Below are positions 20,967 to 32,092 of a stretch of DNA of 64,000 nucleotides, piece by piece. This stretch comes from Epithemia pelagica (Eukaryota > Protista > Bacillariophyta). Below the pieces are notes generated by a model, which saw nothing but the letters and a program-made list of their open reading frames with translations, did not search any database and was not told where the DNA came from. Positions within the stretch are counted from its first letter, which is position 1, and every line of letters begins with the position of its first letter. The stretch spans positions 2,046,001 to 2,110,000 of the forward strand of contig OX337237.1 of the NCBI GenBank assembly GCA_946965045.2, read 5' to 3'. A program made the translations under genes and the position numbers.

Positions 20967-21880
20967 GTTCGTCACACATGATGTTCTTTCCCAAGCATGG
21001 CATCCGCTCTTTGTTGTTGGGCACCATTTTCCGTCTTTTTGGCAGACAAATCTTTGTCGGTAAAAGAAGGAAGAACCAATCTCAACTGCCATGGAACACT
21101 ACTGACGCTTTCTTTTGCTCGATATTCACTCTTGTACTTTCCAGTCACGAGCGACTGATTGAAGTACTGTACCCCATCACTGTATCGTGAATATTAACAA
21201 AAGGTCTTAGCCATGTACTAATCAAAATTATCGCAATATGGGAGTGTCATGATGGAGTCAGATAACCGACCAAAGTGGTCTCTGTAAAACCACTTCTGAT
21301 GAGACGGGTGAATTGAATCACTAACAAGTAAAACTTGACATACAGGAATAGTTGGTACGATTGAAGAAATCATTGGCTCTAGTTACCCGTCGCCAGCGAC
21401 TCCCATTCGATATACAACTTGAGCAGGCTTAAGTTTTGAGACACGCTTTGCCTTTAAATAAATTACCGTTGGAGTCACGCGATCCCAACCTCACTGCTCA
21501 CTCGAACCGCTTGTAATTTTGTACGACTATCCCAGAGAAGGTACCCAAGCGCTTTTCTTGGCGCGCATGCGCAACCAAGGAATGCGAATCACCTTGTCAG
21601 CAAGTCAGGTCAGTCCCTTCCAGCCAGTGTGTTTGCCAGAGTTTTAGATTTCGCGTAGGTACAAGTACAACCCAGTAGAGGCTCTGCACGAGGGACGAGG
21701 AGAGCATCTCAGTTGGGGACGAGACCAAACAACGCACACACAACCTCGCTCGCAATCTCGCCATTCCCAACGCTTCTTCATTTCCAGCCCTTGAAATAAT
21801 CACCATTTTCAACTACACCCAAGCCAAGTCTTGGGAAACATTTGAATCAGGGACCCCAACTTGGAATAGGAACCACAGTG

Positions 21881-24800
21881 ATGGATGAGCAATCTCCGGC
21901 TCAGGGAAGATCAGGAGCAGCAGCAGCAATAACAGCCGAAGACGACGCCAGCAGTGATAATAGCAGCAAGAACAGCAACAGTTCCACCAACTCTCACACG
22001 AACGAAGGTGGTCGAAATACGACTGCCTTTGAGTCCGAGAATCGTTCCACAGCTTCTGGAATTCGAACCTCCAACGTGAACAACAGCACTATCAACAACA
22101 CAAGCGGTAACAACACAACCTTTCAACGCGAGGTGGAAGAAACTCAAACGGGCGGGCCACGAACGTCTTTGGTTTCGGGCGGTAGCGAAACCTGTTCCTA
22201 CAACACAACCGGAAGCAACAGTAATCGCGCTTTGGCGGATACCTCTCAAGGAAGTGGAGCCTCATCCGTCCTTCCTGTTTCAGGAGGCCGAACCCTTCAA
22301 CCAGGAGGATACCAAGAGTCTGTGAACTTTGGAGGGGATAGTTCTTCGGTGGTATCCAGTCCGAATCGAGCCACTGCGGGTGGAGACGGCTTCTCACGTC
22401 GTGTCACATTGGGTGGTGGTACATCCTCCGCTGCTGGAATGGTCGCAGGGGGTGCCACGACGACATCAACTTCTGTTGGCGTTCTTCCTGGAACGGACAA
22501 TCGCCGAAACTCCTTGAGTAGCTTGAGTCTCATGGATGATATCTTTGGGAAACGGGCGAGTATGGGACTTGGATCCACAGCCGCAACGGCGCTCAGCGCC
22601 ATGGGAACCACAGCCGGTCCGACGGGAGGCATGGGTGCCGGAGTGGGAGGAGGAAGTGGTGGTGGCGGTGATATGGATTCCACCGCCATGATGAGTGTGG
22701 TGGGAAGCGGTGGTCCCAATATTGGGAGTGGAGGATCCATGTTTGGTCGTCGCGGTTCCATGGACAGCACCACTGCAGCCCTGGATGCGGCCATTTTTGA
22801 TTTGACACGACGGCGGTATTCCATGGCCAATTCCTCTTTGGTGGGAAGCAGTGGTGCCGGAGCAATTGGAAATCTGGTGGCGGGTAGCGGGGGTGCCGCA
22901 ACCATTAACTCCTTGTCCGGAGGGGATCGAAGCTACACTGGAATGAGTGGACACGCTACCAATCCCGAATTTGGATCGGCCGGAAACTTTGATTCATCCG
23001 GAAGGGGAACCATGGGAGTGACCTCCGGATCGGATGGTCGCCGTGCGAGTTTGGATGCGGCGAGCGCTGGAGGAGGAGCTTCTGTAGGAGGCATGGGATC
23101 GGGAAGTGGTGGCATGGACTACGATAGTTCGCTGCCCAATGCCACTGGTGGAACGGGCAATATGGGTCTGAATCTACCCGCCGGTGTCACCCCTGGAATG
23201 AATAACTCGGGAATGATGGATCAATTTGTCCAACAACACTCGCAGTCCAGGATGCGAAACATGACCAACAATTTGGCGGCCCGCCAACAACAACTTCAAG
23301 CCCAACAACGGGAATTGGAACGCCGCCAGCGAGAATTGGAGCAACAACGGCGTGATTTGATTGCGAGTATGCAACAGCGGAAACTCATGATGCAGTCACA
23401 GCCCCATCTGCCACAATCCAGCCAATCGTCTCATCTAGCTCATTCGTATGGAACCGGAGGCATGCTGCTTGGCAATGATTCACGCTACGATAGTTTGCTC
23501 CAACAAGGAGGAGCTGGTGGTGGTGGTGGTGGAGCCAACAAGAGTGGTTTCAACGATCCATTGACTGGACCCTATAGCCATTTGAGCGGTGGCAACAGTG
23601 GCATGGGAGGCAACACAAGTGGCGGTGTTGGCGCAAACATGAACAACAACAGTGACCATAGTAGCCGTGGCGGCATGGGACAAGGCACTAATAACAGTGG
23701 GGGAGGTGGCAGCCACAGTTCTGGAAGTCAACAATGGTGGATTTGCCAGGTGTGCAACACCAAGGCGTTTGCATCGCATGATGAAGCCTTGGCCCACGAA
23801 GCTATTTGCGAGCGTGTTCAACAACAGCAGGGAAACACGTTGAGTGGGAGCAACAGCAGCAGCAAGCGGGGACATTACGATCCACAAGATGACTCGCAAT
23901 TCAACTACTCATCGCCTCAATCACAACGACAGCGGGGACCTTCGGGGCGTCATCGGGGTCGTGGAATGGACATGTCCAGCTCCAACAACACAAGCAAATA
24001 CCATGGAAGTGGAATGGATAGTTCTATGCGAACAATACACACCACCGCCACCACAGCGACATCCAATTCCTACGAACCCGTCTTCTCGACAGGGCCTTTT
24101 GCAACCTTGGAGAATCCCTTGCCGCTCGCCATGGTAACGGACAAGGATTGGTTAACGCCCTTGCATTGCTTTGTTCGCAAGCACTGTGTCGAAGTCTTTT
24201 GTGCATCGGAAGCCGACGTTGCAGCGCCATCCAAAGGAAAGCGAAAGCCCATTCAGGTGGGACAGATTGGAATACGATGCCCACATTGTCATCCCAATTC
24301 TCCATCCATGGCCAACATAAAGGCTAAGAGCTCTTCGAGCGAAGGCTCGGGCAAGGCACGGGAACGTGGTTCAGTTTACTACCCCACGACTATTGCGTCC
24401 ATCTATAACGCGACCATGAATTTGCTTCAGCGCCATTTGCACTCTTGTGCCGCGGTGCCGCCAGAAGTCATGTCGCGTTATGAAACTCTCAAGTCGGACG
24501 ATGCTCGCAGTGGAACCTCCAAGAAGTACTGGATTGAGTCGGCCTTGGCCCTGGGACTGGTGGATACGGAAATGGGAATTCGATTCTCCGCGTCCACACC
24601 TCCGCCCTTGCCCCAATTGACAGATTCACAAAAGGATATGCAAAAGCATATCAAAGATCAGACCGATACATCGCCCGGGGACGACGAAGATGAGGATGAA
24701 GAGGGAGAAGGAGGCGCTGCCCGGTCGGGTAATGTGGCTCGTTCTGCTAAAAACGTAGAAGAACTTTCCCCTTTGACAGCACCCGAAGACAAGTCGTATT

Positions 24801-25408
24801 CCACGGCCTTTTCCTATCATTTATTAAGTCAGATGAGACCGTGTGTGTTTACGGAGGCGGATCGATTGGGAAAACGCAAGGGTTTACCACCGGGGTTTCG
24901 GGGATTGGCGTGCCGCTTTTGTTTTGGTGGATATGGATCCGGTCGATTTTTCCCCTCGAGTATCAAGACCTTGTCCGACACAAGTAAAACACTCAATGTG
25001 CTTCATAACCACATGATTCGATGTCGTAAATGTCCGGCGGCGGTTCGTGAAAAACTGGAACAGCTGCGGGGTACCCACGACGAAGAACGGGCCAAAATGA
25101 AGTTTGGTTCTCAAAAGGCCTTCTTTGCCCGCATTTGGGACCGTCTCCATGGAACCGCCAAAGCCTCCGAGAAGTCAAATGTGGTTTCAGACAAGTCTCC
25201 CAAGGCCGCCAAGCAAGAGGGTGGAGAATCCAGTGCAAAAAGTCCAAAACGCAAGGCTCCCCCTTCCTCTTCCGAAAAGCAGGGCTCACCGGAAGGCAAG
25301 ATGGCGGCGACTTCCAATACACCGGGATCAAGTAGCAAAAATCAATCTGAAGAGGATTCCGGTCCAAACAAAAAGGCAAAGGTGTCGAAAGAAGATTCTG
25401 AAAGTTGA
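21881..25408 (+). CDS. Putative nuclear regulator: Gly/Ser low-complexity region, Q-rich coiled coil, C2HC zinc finger and two Cys/His domains of diatom type
   Basis: Long ORF with ATG at 21881. CQVCNTKAFASHDEALAHEAIC finger; domains IGIRCPHC..YYP..HLHSC and GLACRFC..FFP..HNHMIRC; basic/acidic C-terminus. Confidence 0.8.
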   Translation: MDEQSPAQGRSGAAAAITAEDDASSDNSSKNSNSSTNSHTNEGGRNTTAFESENRSTASGIRTSNVNNSTINNTSGNNTTFQREVEETQTGGPRTSLVSGGSETCSYNTTGSNSNRALADTSQGSGASSVLPVSGGRTLQPGGYQESVNFGGDSSSVVSSPNRATAGGDGFSRRVTLGGGTSSAAGMVAGGATTTSTSVGVLPGTDNRRNSLSSLSLMDDIFGKRASMGLGSTAATALSAMGTTAGPTGGMGAGVGGGSGGGGDMDSTAMMSVVGSGGPNIGSGGSMFGRRGSMDSTTAALDAAIFDLTRRRYSMANSSLVGSSGAGAIGNLVAGSGGAATINSLSGGDRSYTGMSGHATNPEFGSAGNFDSSGRGTMGVTSGSDGRRASLDAASAGGGASVGGMGSGSGGMDYDSSLPNATGGTGNMGLNLPAGVTPGMNNSGMMDQFVQQHSQSRMRNMTNNLAARQQQLQAQQRELERRQRELEQQRRDLIASMQQRKLMMQSQPHLPQSSQSSHLAHSYGTGGMLLGNDSRYDSLLQQGGAGGGGGGANKSGFNDPLTGPYSHLSGGNSGMGGNTSGGVGANMNNNSDHSSRGGMGQGTNNSGGGGSHSSGSQQWWICQVCNTKAFASHDEALAHEAICERVQQQQGNTLSGSNSSSKRGHYDPQDDSQFNYSSPQSQRQRGPSGRHRGRGMDMSSSNNTSKYHGSGMDSSMRTIHTTATTATSNSYEPVFSTGPFATLENPLPLAMVTDKDWLTPLHCFVRKHCVEVFCASEADVAAPSKGKRKPIQVGQIGIRCPHCHPNSPSMANIKAKSSSSEGSGKARERGSVYYPTTIASIYNATMNLLQRHLHSCAAVPPEVMSRYETLKSDDARSGTSKKYWIESALALGLVDTEMGIRFSASTPPPLPQLTDSQKDMQKHIKDQTDTSPGDDEDEDEEGEGGAARSGNVARSAKNVEELSPLTAPEDKSYSTAFSYHLLSQMRPCVFTEADRLGKRKGLPPGFRGLACRFCFGGYGSGRFFPSSIKTLSDTSKTLNVLHNHMIRCRKCPAAVREKLEQLRGTHDEERAKMKFGSQKAFFARIWDRLHGTAKASEKSNVVSDKSPKAAKQEGGESSAKSPKRKAPPSSSEKQGSPEGKMAATSNTPGSSSKNQSEEDSGPNKKAKVSKEDSES

Positions 25409-25819
25409 TTTCTGTTGCCTTATTTGAGCGTATCCTTCATTCTCGAGTTCATGTGTTGTTTGTTTATTCTGTGTTGTTCTGTATTTTCTGCATCAATGAT
25501 GGGGTTTCAGGGTTCATGAGGCGATTATTTGGGATCAAGGACAAGTGACATAGAATCTGCATGGTTCCGATTATTTAGTATAGCATGTGTGCATGTGTTG
25601 AAGCTCTAAAGTTATGTACATGAATAATTGGAATCGCAATTCCGTATTTTAACATGATTGTATTTGTTTCACTCTGTCCATTCGTAGGAGAGAATACAAC
25701 ATATCACTCTCTATGAGTCTCATGTAGTTTCGCTGTACGCTTCCTCTTTGCCTTCAAACAAAATAAAACATATTTACGTCTCTAGGTGATCAGCATTAAA
25801 GCACACAAGAACCGATGGG

Positions 25820-26269
25820 CTAGAATTTAGATTGCGATGGGTCGTATCGATACTCCTTTTGTACACGATAGGGTTCTGTGAGAATCCAGTTTTGCTTCTT
25901 CTTCAGCGCCCGAGTACAACATTTCTGATACATCAATATTTGCGATTGACAGACATCGAGCGGGTTGTCGTCTCGTCGTGGTATGTCCATGTCTCGTTCA
26001 TTGTCTGGCTTATCTTGTTGCTCGTTCGCATACTTGGCATATTTTTCGTCTTGGGCCTTCGTTTCGATATCAGGAAAGTACGATTTGTGATAACCAGCTC
26101 GTTCTATATCACGCCGTTTCTCGGTGGCTGGACCCGCCACACACTCAAACAGCTTTTGAGTCTGTGATTCACATCCTTTCGGTTGAACAGGAAAATAGTC
26201 TGGAAGCTGTACGGGTTGCCCCTCCGGCCAACTCGGTTGAGAAACGCCAAACAAACGCCCAAGCACCAT
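25820..26269 (-). CDS. Small twin-CX9C protein (CHCH-like, candidate mitochondrial intermembrane-space protein)
   Basis: 149 aa; CESQTQKLFEC and CQSQILMYQKC each have exactly nine residues between the cysteines. Confidence 0.65.
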   Translation of the reverse strand: MVLGRLFGVSQPSWPEGQPVQLPDYFPVQPKGCESQTQKLFECVAGPATEKRRDIERAGYHKSYFPDIETKAQDEKYAKYANEQQDKPDNERDMDIPRRDDNPLDVCQSQILMYQKCCTRALKKKQNWILTEPYRVQKEYRYDPSQSKF

Positions 26270-28319
26270 GGTAACAATCTCAACAGTATTCAGAAGAGAG
26301 TTGTATGCCGTAACCTTACCCTTACTCAGCCGCAGGGAAAGATTGCAAGTAGGAATAGCGTTTTGGTCTCGTCTCTGTGTTGCGATTTGCGATTGTGTCC
26401 AATTGCGTCATCGTGAGTCACGCCGCTAAATTCAGTCGTAACGACTCAGAGGTAATCCCTCGGTATCAGTGTCCACTGCTTAGCTGTTTTTTGTCTGTGC
26501 CACCTTCATAGGTTCCCAGGTGGACACAGACAGAAAATTTCCTTTTTGACGCAAATGGAAATGACTAAGTTGCAAATTGGCACGCATACCCAGCTGGAGT
26601 TTTCGCAGTTCATGAAACTGACGCATGCCCAGCAAGCGGCCCTGCGTGGATGACGGTTGCAGAATGCGCCATCCAAATTCCAAATCCCCCATAAAATCAC
26701 ACAGAGGCCATCACCCACAATGGCATGGCATGAATTGTCGCCTTTCATGCAGTTGAGGTAAGTTTGAACGTACAAAAATGTCTCCATGACAACAACAGCT
26801 TTTGAACTGTCATTCTAACTTCTCCCTCACACTTGTATTCGTTTTTCTCTTCTGATATTCAACATTCGACAACTGTCTCTCTCTCTGTCCACTTCATTGA
26901 GAGTGAATGTTTGTGCCTATGGAATGTCAATTCTCCATTCGAGCCTCGGCTTAAAATTGGAGACCACATAGAGCTTCTTTCTTTGTATACTACTCCTAGG
27001 AGTTTCTATCAGAAGTTTATTTCCTATCTTATTGATTTTGTAAGATCGTGCGTGTTATTGCCGTGCTTTCAACCACCATGACACTCTGGTGAAGGTTTGG
27101 GGCCATCTTGAAGCAACTGATCGACTGTGTGATCTACGAAGACTAAATTGAGTAGGCCTAGTGGCAACAAGCTGCCTTAGTTTGTTGTCATCTCTAGGTC
27201 TATGTACTTGAGTATCCGACACACAAAGAAAGGTTCTTGATCTGTGATCGACATGGAGATGGACTAAGCGAAGCACAATGATGAGAGTAAAAATCCATGC
27301 TACAAAGATAAGAACACAACCAATATTCAAGGAGCACTACGATTAGAGCAAGGAAAAGTTGTGGCAAACGGCCTACAATGACTTGTCCTCCGTTTGATTG
27401 CGACAAAATCAAAGGAGCACCAACCATCAGCATTAACAGGGACAAAGATTAATGAGAAAACGTGTGAGAAAACTACGCAGGACATGAAAGAAGCTAAGAG
27501 ACAAACAACAAGCAACAAGAGAGAAAAACCAACCAAAATACTGCTTCAGGTCGCAAGGCTTCATAAAGAGCTCGCTTCATGGTCAATGTCGAATGTCGAT
27601 GCTTTTGACACCGCGTGAGATTTTTGTGACAAGACGAGAGTCGTGTGAAAGGATTCCAAATTTGAATCGTGGTCACGGTCACAGGAAGATGCTAACCGCC
27701 AACTGTCACTTGCACGCCGGCATTTCCACCAGGACGAGGAACTATATTGGTGAAAAGGACAGACGAAAAGTGAAATTTTCTGTCTGTGTTCACTTGGGAA
27801 CCTATGAAGGTGGCACAGACAAAAAACAGCTAAGCAGTGGACACTGATACCGAGAGATATTCGCTGTTAAGATTTATATATTCGTCTAAGTTCAGTATGA
27901 ACGCGATGGGTAGGCCGAAGGCTTTGGGGTCTGGGGTGGAACTTCCCAGAATGACCAGCTGTTCTGTCAACGGATGCAGAATAGCAGAAGCAGTACAAAT
28001 GAGAGAAAAGGAGCGTTGTTGAAACCGTTATATATATACAGCTACGAATAGTTTAATGGTGAGTCATGGTATGATTTTGGGGTGCACCGTCAACCGCGTA
28101 ATCTGTGAGTATGGTATTTCCCTAAGCATATCTTTGGTATTAATGTAATACTCCCAACCATCTGTTTATGACTGAAACAGGACTTTTACATTGAATGCTT
28201 GTTTGGGGCGTTATATTTTCGGTATCGGGCCTGCGTTCTCTCCTGTAACGTTCGTGGAGAGTGTTCTGTGCCATGCTTCCCATAACCATTCGTCGTCAGG
28301 TGGAAGCAGAACGAACATT

Positions 28320-28353
28320 GGGAGTGGGGAGTGGGGAGTGGGGAGTGGGGAGT
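28320..28353 (+). repeat. (GGGGAGT)n microsatellite, G-quadruplex-forming consensus
   Basis: GGGAGT followed by four perfect GGGGAGT units, read directly. Confidence 0.9.
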
Positions 28354-28426
28354 TCATGCCTTAAAACTGCTCCCGTACAATCACCAACGTAGAACAGCTA
28401 CATCAGGGCTGGCCTATCGAGAACAG

Positions 28427-29345
28427 GTTATCATTTCCCTACATAACGTATCGGCATAAGACACGAGCAACAAGAAGAATACCATGTTTGTTCGAGTGAT
28501 TGTCGATCGATTGGGATTCCCGAACGAAGAGAGAGAGAGCATGTTTGTTCGAGGGATTGTCGATCGATTGGGATTCCCGAACGAAGAGAGAGAGCATGTT
28601 TGTTCGAGGGATTGTCGATTGATTGGGATTCACGAACGAAGAGAGAGAGAGGAACCAAGAATTCTCATGTGCAGAAGCGCAGTCGTTCAAAGGAGGTTTT
28701 CTTGAGACAGGTTATCATTTCCCTACATAAGCTGGCCACCCAACAAACGACGCCAGTAGCGTATCGGCATACGACACGAGCAACAAGAAGAATACCATGT
28801 TTGTTCGAGGGATTGTCGATCGATTGGGAAACCATTGGCGAATGCGGTTTGCTTTTCACCAAACGGCCCATGGTGTTTTCAAACCAAATGGCGCCCAACA
28901 AAACGGTCGCCAGTAAAACGGCATAAGACACGAGCAACAAGAAGAATACCATGTTTGTTCGAGTGATTATCGATCGATTGGGATTCACGAACAAAGAAAT
29001 AGATAGAGAGAGAGAGGAACCAAGGATTCTTGGTGGAATTGGACATTCTCATGTGCAGAAGCGCAGTCGTTCAAAGGAGGTTTTCTTGAGACAGATATTA
29101 TGGGTATCATCGAGAACTGGTTATCATTTCCCTACCTAAGCAAGACACGAGCAACAAGAAGAATACCATGTTTGTTCGAGGGATTGTCGATCGATTTGGA
29201 AACCATTTCAACACCACCTTCTTGAGGGACCAGAAGTCTTCCGCATGCGGTTTACTTTTCACCATACGGCCCATGGTGTTTTGAAACTAAATGACGCCCA
29301 ACTAACGGTCGCAAGTAAAACCCAACAAACGGTCGCCAGTAAAAC
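28427..29345. repeat. Modular imperfect-palindrome repeat cluster
   Basis: Six copies of ATGTTTGTTCGAG(G/T)GATT(G/A)TCGAT(C/T)GATT at 28484, 28541, 28596, 28797, 28951 and 29168. Additional modules (GACACGAGCAACAAGAAGAATACC x4, GTTATCATTTCCCTAC x3, an ATTCTCATGTGCAGAAGCGC..GAGACAG block x2) occur in shuffled order. Confidence 0.9.
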
Positions 29346-30200
29346 CCTGGACGTCATGATGGTCGTCGGCATCTCGTGAATGACATCAAACATGGTGGCG
29401 GGCGTAAACATGTATTCGGTCACACCGTGCAGGGCACTCCCACCAGATTTGTCCTAGGCGGCCAAAATCCCTTGACCAGGGACCTTAATTTTGGTAACAC
29501 ACAAGGGAGCTGACGAAGACCCATCAACAAGTCTCTCAAGTTTGGAAGGAGATTGTGGAATTGTGTGATGAGAGCTTGAATACCCCCGGCATTGGCCTCC
29601 TTGTCACATCTTGGTTCGAACAATACCACACTTGGCCGCGCGCGTCAATAATTTTCCCAATTGTGGTATTAGGTTGATGAGTTGGACACCACTGTCCCTT
29701 GTCCCATTTCAAAAAGGGCACCACCTTCTTGAGGGACCGCAAGTACTCCGCATTCGACTTTCTTTACACCACATGGCCCATGGTGTTTTCAAACCAAATG
29801 GCGCCCAACAAACGTTAACATGTATTTTCGATCACAGAGTTCCTTCCTTCGACAGTCATGATTGCTGATGGCAATGATCGAGGGGTATATTCTTCAATTG
29901 CAAATTTTGGTGATTCCGATTTTTTTTTCAAGTTCCGTTGTTGCGCGGCCAAGGCCAAATGGAGAGCGTGTACGACTTTGTTGCTCGCACTGGGTCGTCA
30001 AGAGAAGACGGACAAAATTGTTTACTCGTCGGATGTTTCTGTTCTCGCAGTAATGTATGTTTTGCCGACACTGATTGTCGTCCTAAGTAGCCATCAATGC
30101 GGCTAACAACTCTATTTTTCGGATATATAACTACTAGAGCAACAAATAGGGATAACGTGAATCGAAACAAATCTACTATAGATATAATCTAAGTGATCTA

Positions 30201-30734
30201 CTAATCTTCCTTGTTTCCGTCAACAGCAGAGTCTTCAACTTCCTTCTGGTTATCGTTCTTGTTACCAGTTTCTTCATTGCTGGTGTCGCGAATTTCCGAT
30301 TCATTCATCTCACCAAAGGAAGACTCAAAAGATTCTTCGTCTTCTTCTGACCAGTACCAGAGGTGGCGGGACAAAGCCTCCTGGTCAACTTTCATCATCA
30401 CAAGCTCAAGCGTGATGGTGTTATCAATCACATCACTATCCTCGTTGAAGACGTACGAGTTCTTCGGGATCAGCTTGGAATTATCGATACGGCAAAGATG
30501 TGCAAGGTCTGTAAACACACCCAAGAAGTTTTTTACCTGGTTCACGACGTGACCAGCAGTCGTATGTTTTTTAATAACGTCAAGTTTCACTCGCAAACAG
30601 TCACTGACCAAGACATAGCAACCAACGAATTGATGAGGACAGTGAGCCACAAGTGTTTTCATCCGAAATGGTGAAGTCCCCATGGTGGGCATATTACCAG
30701 GGTGATGGATGAATCCAGGACGCTTCGACGACAT
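30201..30734 (-). CDS. Hypothetical 177-aa protein with acidic tail (candidate Helitron cargo)
   Basis: Part of a 253-codon open frame; ATG at 30734 is preceded by ATC as in the actin genes; tail EEDEESFESSFGE..EVED. No homology recognised. Confidence 0.4.
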   Translation of the reverse strand: MSSKRPGFIHHPGNMPTMGTSPFRMKTLVAHCPHQFVGCYVLVSDCLRVKLDVIKKHTTAGHVVNQVKNFLGVFTDLAHLCRIDNSKLIPKNSYVFNEDSDVIDNTITLELVMMKVDQEALSRHLWYWSEEDEESFESSFGEMNESEIRDTSNEETGNKNDNQKEVEDSAVDGNKED

Positions 30735-30819
30735 GATAAAAGCCAATTTGCACAAATATGACACCCATGATCTGCGCCTGTGATGACGTGTACAGATGAC
30801 TTTGTCACCACCTGCCAAA

Positions 30820-30968
30820 CCCTGGTTGAACCCCAAATCCTGATGATGCCCCCGATCTGTCTGGTGGTTGAACCCAATCTGTCTGGTTGAACCCAAATCC
30901 ATCTGGTCGAGCACCAATCCCTTGTTGGACCCAGTCCCTGGTTGAACCACAATCCAACCCACAATCCC
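30820..30968. repeat. Short iterated GGTTGAACC(C)AAATC-type direct repeats between two divergent ORFs
   Basis: Exact GGTTGAACC at 30824, 30866, 30885 and 30940, with degenerate copies near 30905 and 30923. Confidence 0.8.
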
Positions 30969-31001
30969 TGCGCAACAATCAACTGATGTTCCATATTCAT
31001 C

Positions 31002-31870
31002 ATGCCCCCAACGAAGAAGGTAAGTGGTGATTTTGTTTCTTATACTTCATTGAGGCATTTTCATCTAAGTTTGATTGTTGTTTGTGCAAGAAGTTCAAGT
31101 TTGCTACCGCCAAGAAGAAGGGAGTTGCTCCCTCTCCCGGTCGTAACAAGACCAAGGTAACCGAGGTCCATTCCGAACGTTGTGGTCCGAATGGACAGTT
31201 TATTGTTGCATACATGCAACTTGCTGGGACCACGAAGCCCCGATCAGGCTTCATGGAGCCTGTGTTTGAGTTGATAAAGGACAAGGAGTCGCAGCTTTTC
31301 GATGAGTTTGATATCAGAATCGAGAAACTCTATCGTCGTGTTTCCCGTGACAATGATAACACAATGTTGAATGGAAACCCCGACAAGAATGGTCGGGAGT
31401 ACAACTGGTCGGTTGTCGTAGGATTTTGTGAGGATGCCGAAAACGAGCTTCAGAAAGATCAAATGATGAAGAAGATGTGTGAGACGATGGTCAGGGTGAT
31501 GACTGCGGAGGACAAGAAAAATGGGTTTCTACGCACTTACAAGACCAATGAAGCAGGACTTGTGCACTCCAAGAGTCCCCCTCGATCGTTGGACGAAGTC
31601 TTACCAAATGAGAATGTCGCCATGATTGTTGAGAATTATTTTCCACTTGAAAAGTGCCAGGACCTATACGAGTTGTTGGGTGGTGAGGAGGAAGGTGTGG
31701 CCGATTTGGTGTTCTCACGTGACCGCTACGACATGTTCGCGAAATGCGCGGTGGACAAGTGGGGATACCCCAAGGGTGTGCGTGAAAAGCAGGATGCCTC
31801 TCAGGATCAGGAGGAGTGTAGATCAGAGGTTGACGAATCCAAAATTGGCGACGAACCCAATGACGAATGA
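31002..31870 (+). CDS. Hypothetical ~266-aa protein with basic N-terminus (candidate Helitron cargo); probable intron 31020-31090
   Basis: 262-codon open frame 31082-31870. Upstream catcATGCCCCCAACGAAGAAG|GTAAGT donor joins in phase to give MPPTKKKFKFATAKKKG. The acceptor is AAG, so it is uncertain. Confidence 0.55.
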
Positions 31871-32092
31871 AAATGGGCCCAAGGAGAATACAAACAGACA
31901 TAACGGTTGCGACAAAATTAGTAGTAATAACACTTTGGCTGACGAGCCGACGAGCCCCATGTTAGCGAGTAAGCGAAGTTGTCTACTTTCTACTTTCTAC
32001 TTTGCGTCGACCAAATTATGCAAATCTTACTGCCACAAAATTTATGCAGCTGCTTGGTAACACTCAGTGTTTCCATAGCAGGCCTAGCTAGC

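Noticed and set aside
21563-21572. GCGCATGCGC palindrome (NRF1-like site) in the divergent promoter
   Set aside because: It is a single 10-mer, and there is no basis for an NRF1-type factor in diatoms.
21911-25427. Many overlapping short ORFs across the Gly/Ser-rich gene
   Set aside because: They are alternative-frame products of low-complexity GC-rich coding sequence with no protein motifs.
26400-28300. About 2 kb with several 60-93 aa ORFs and a GTAAGT donor-like site near 26758
   Set aside because: I could not assemble a consistent exon chain or recognise any motif; left unannotated.
28484-29200. CRISPR-like reading of the palindromic repeats
   Set aside because: The sequences between repeats are themselves repeated modules, not unique spacers. 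The spacing is irregular, there are no cas genes and the context is eukaryotic.
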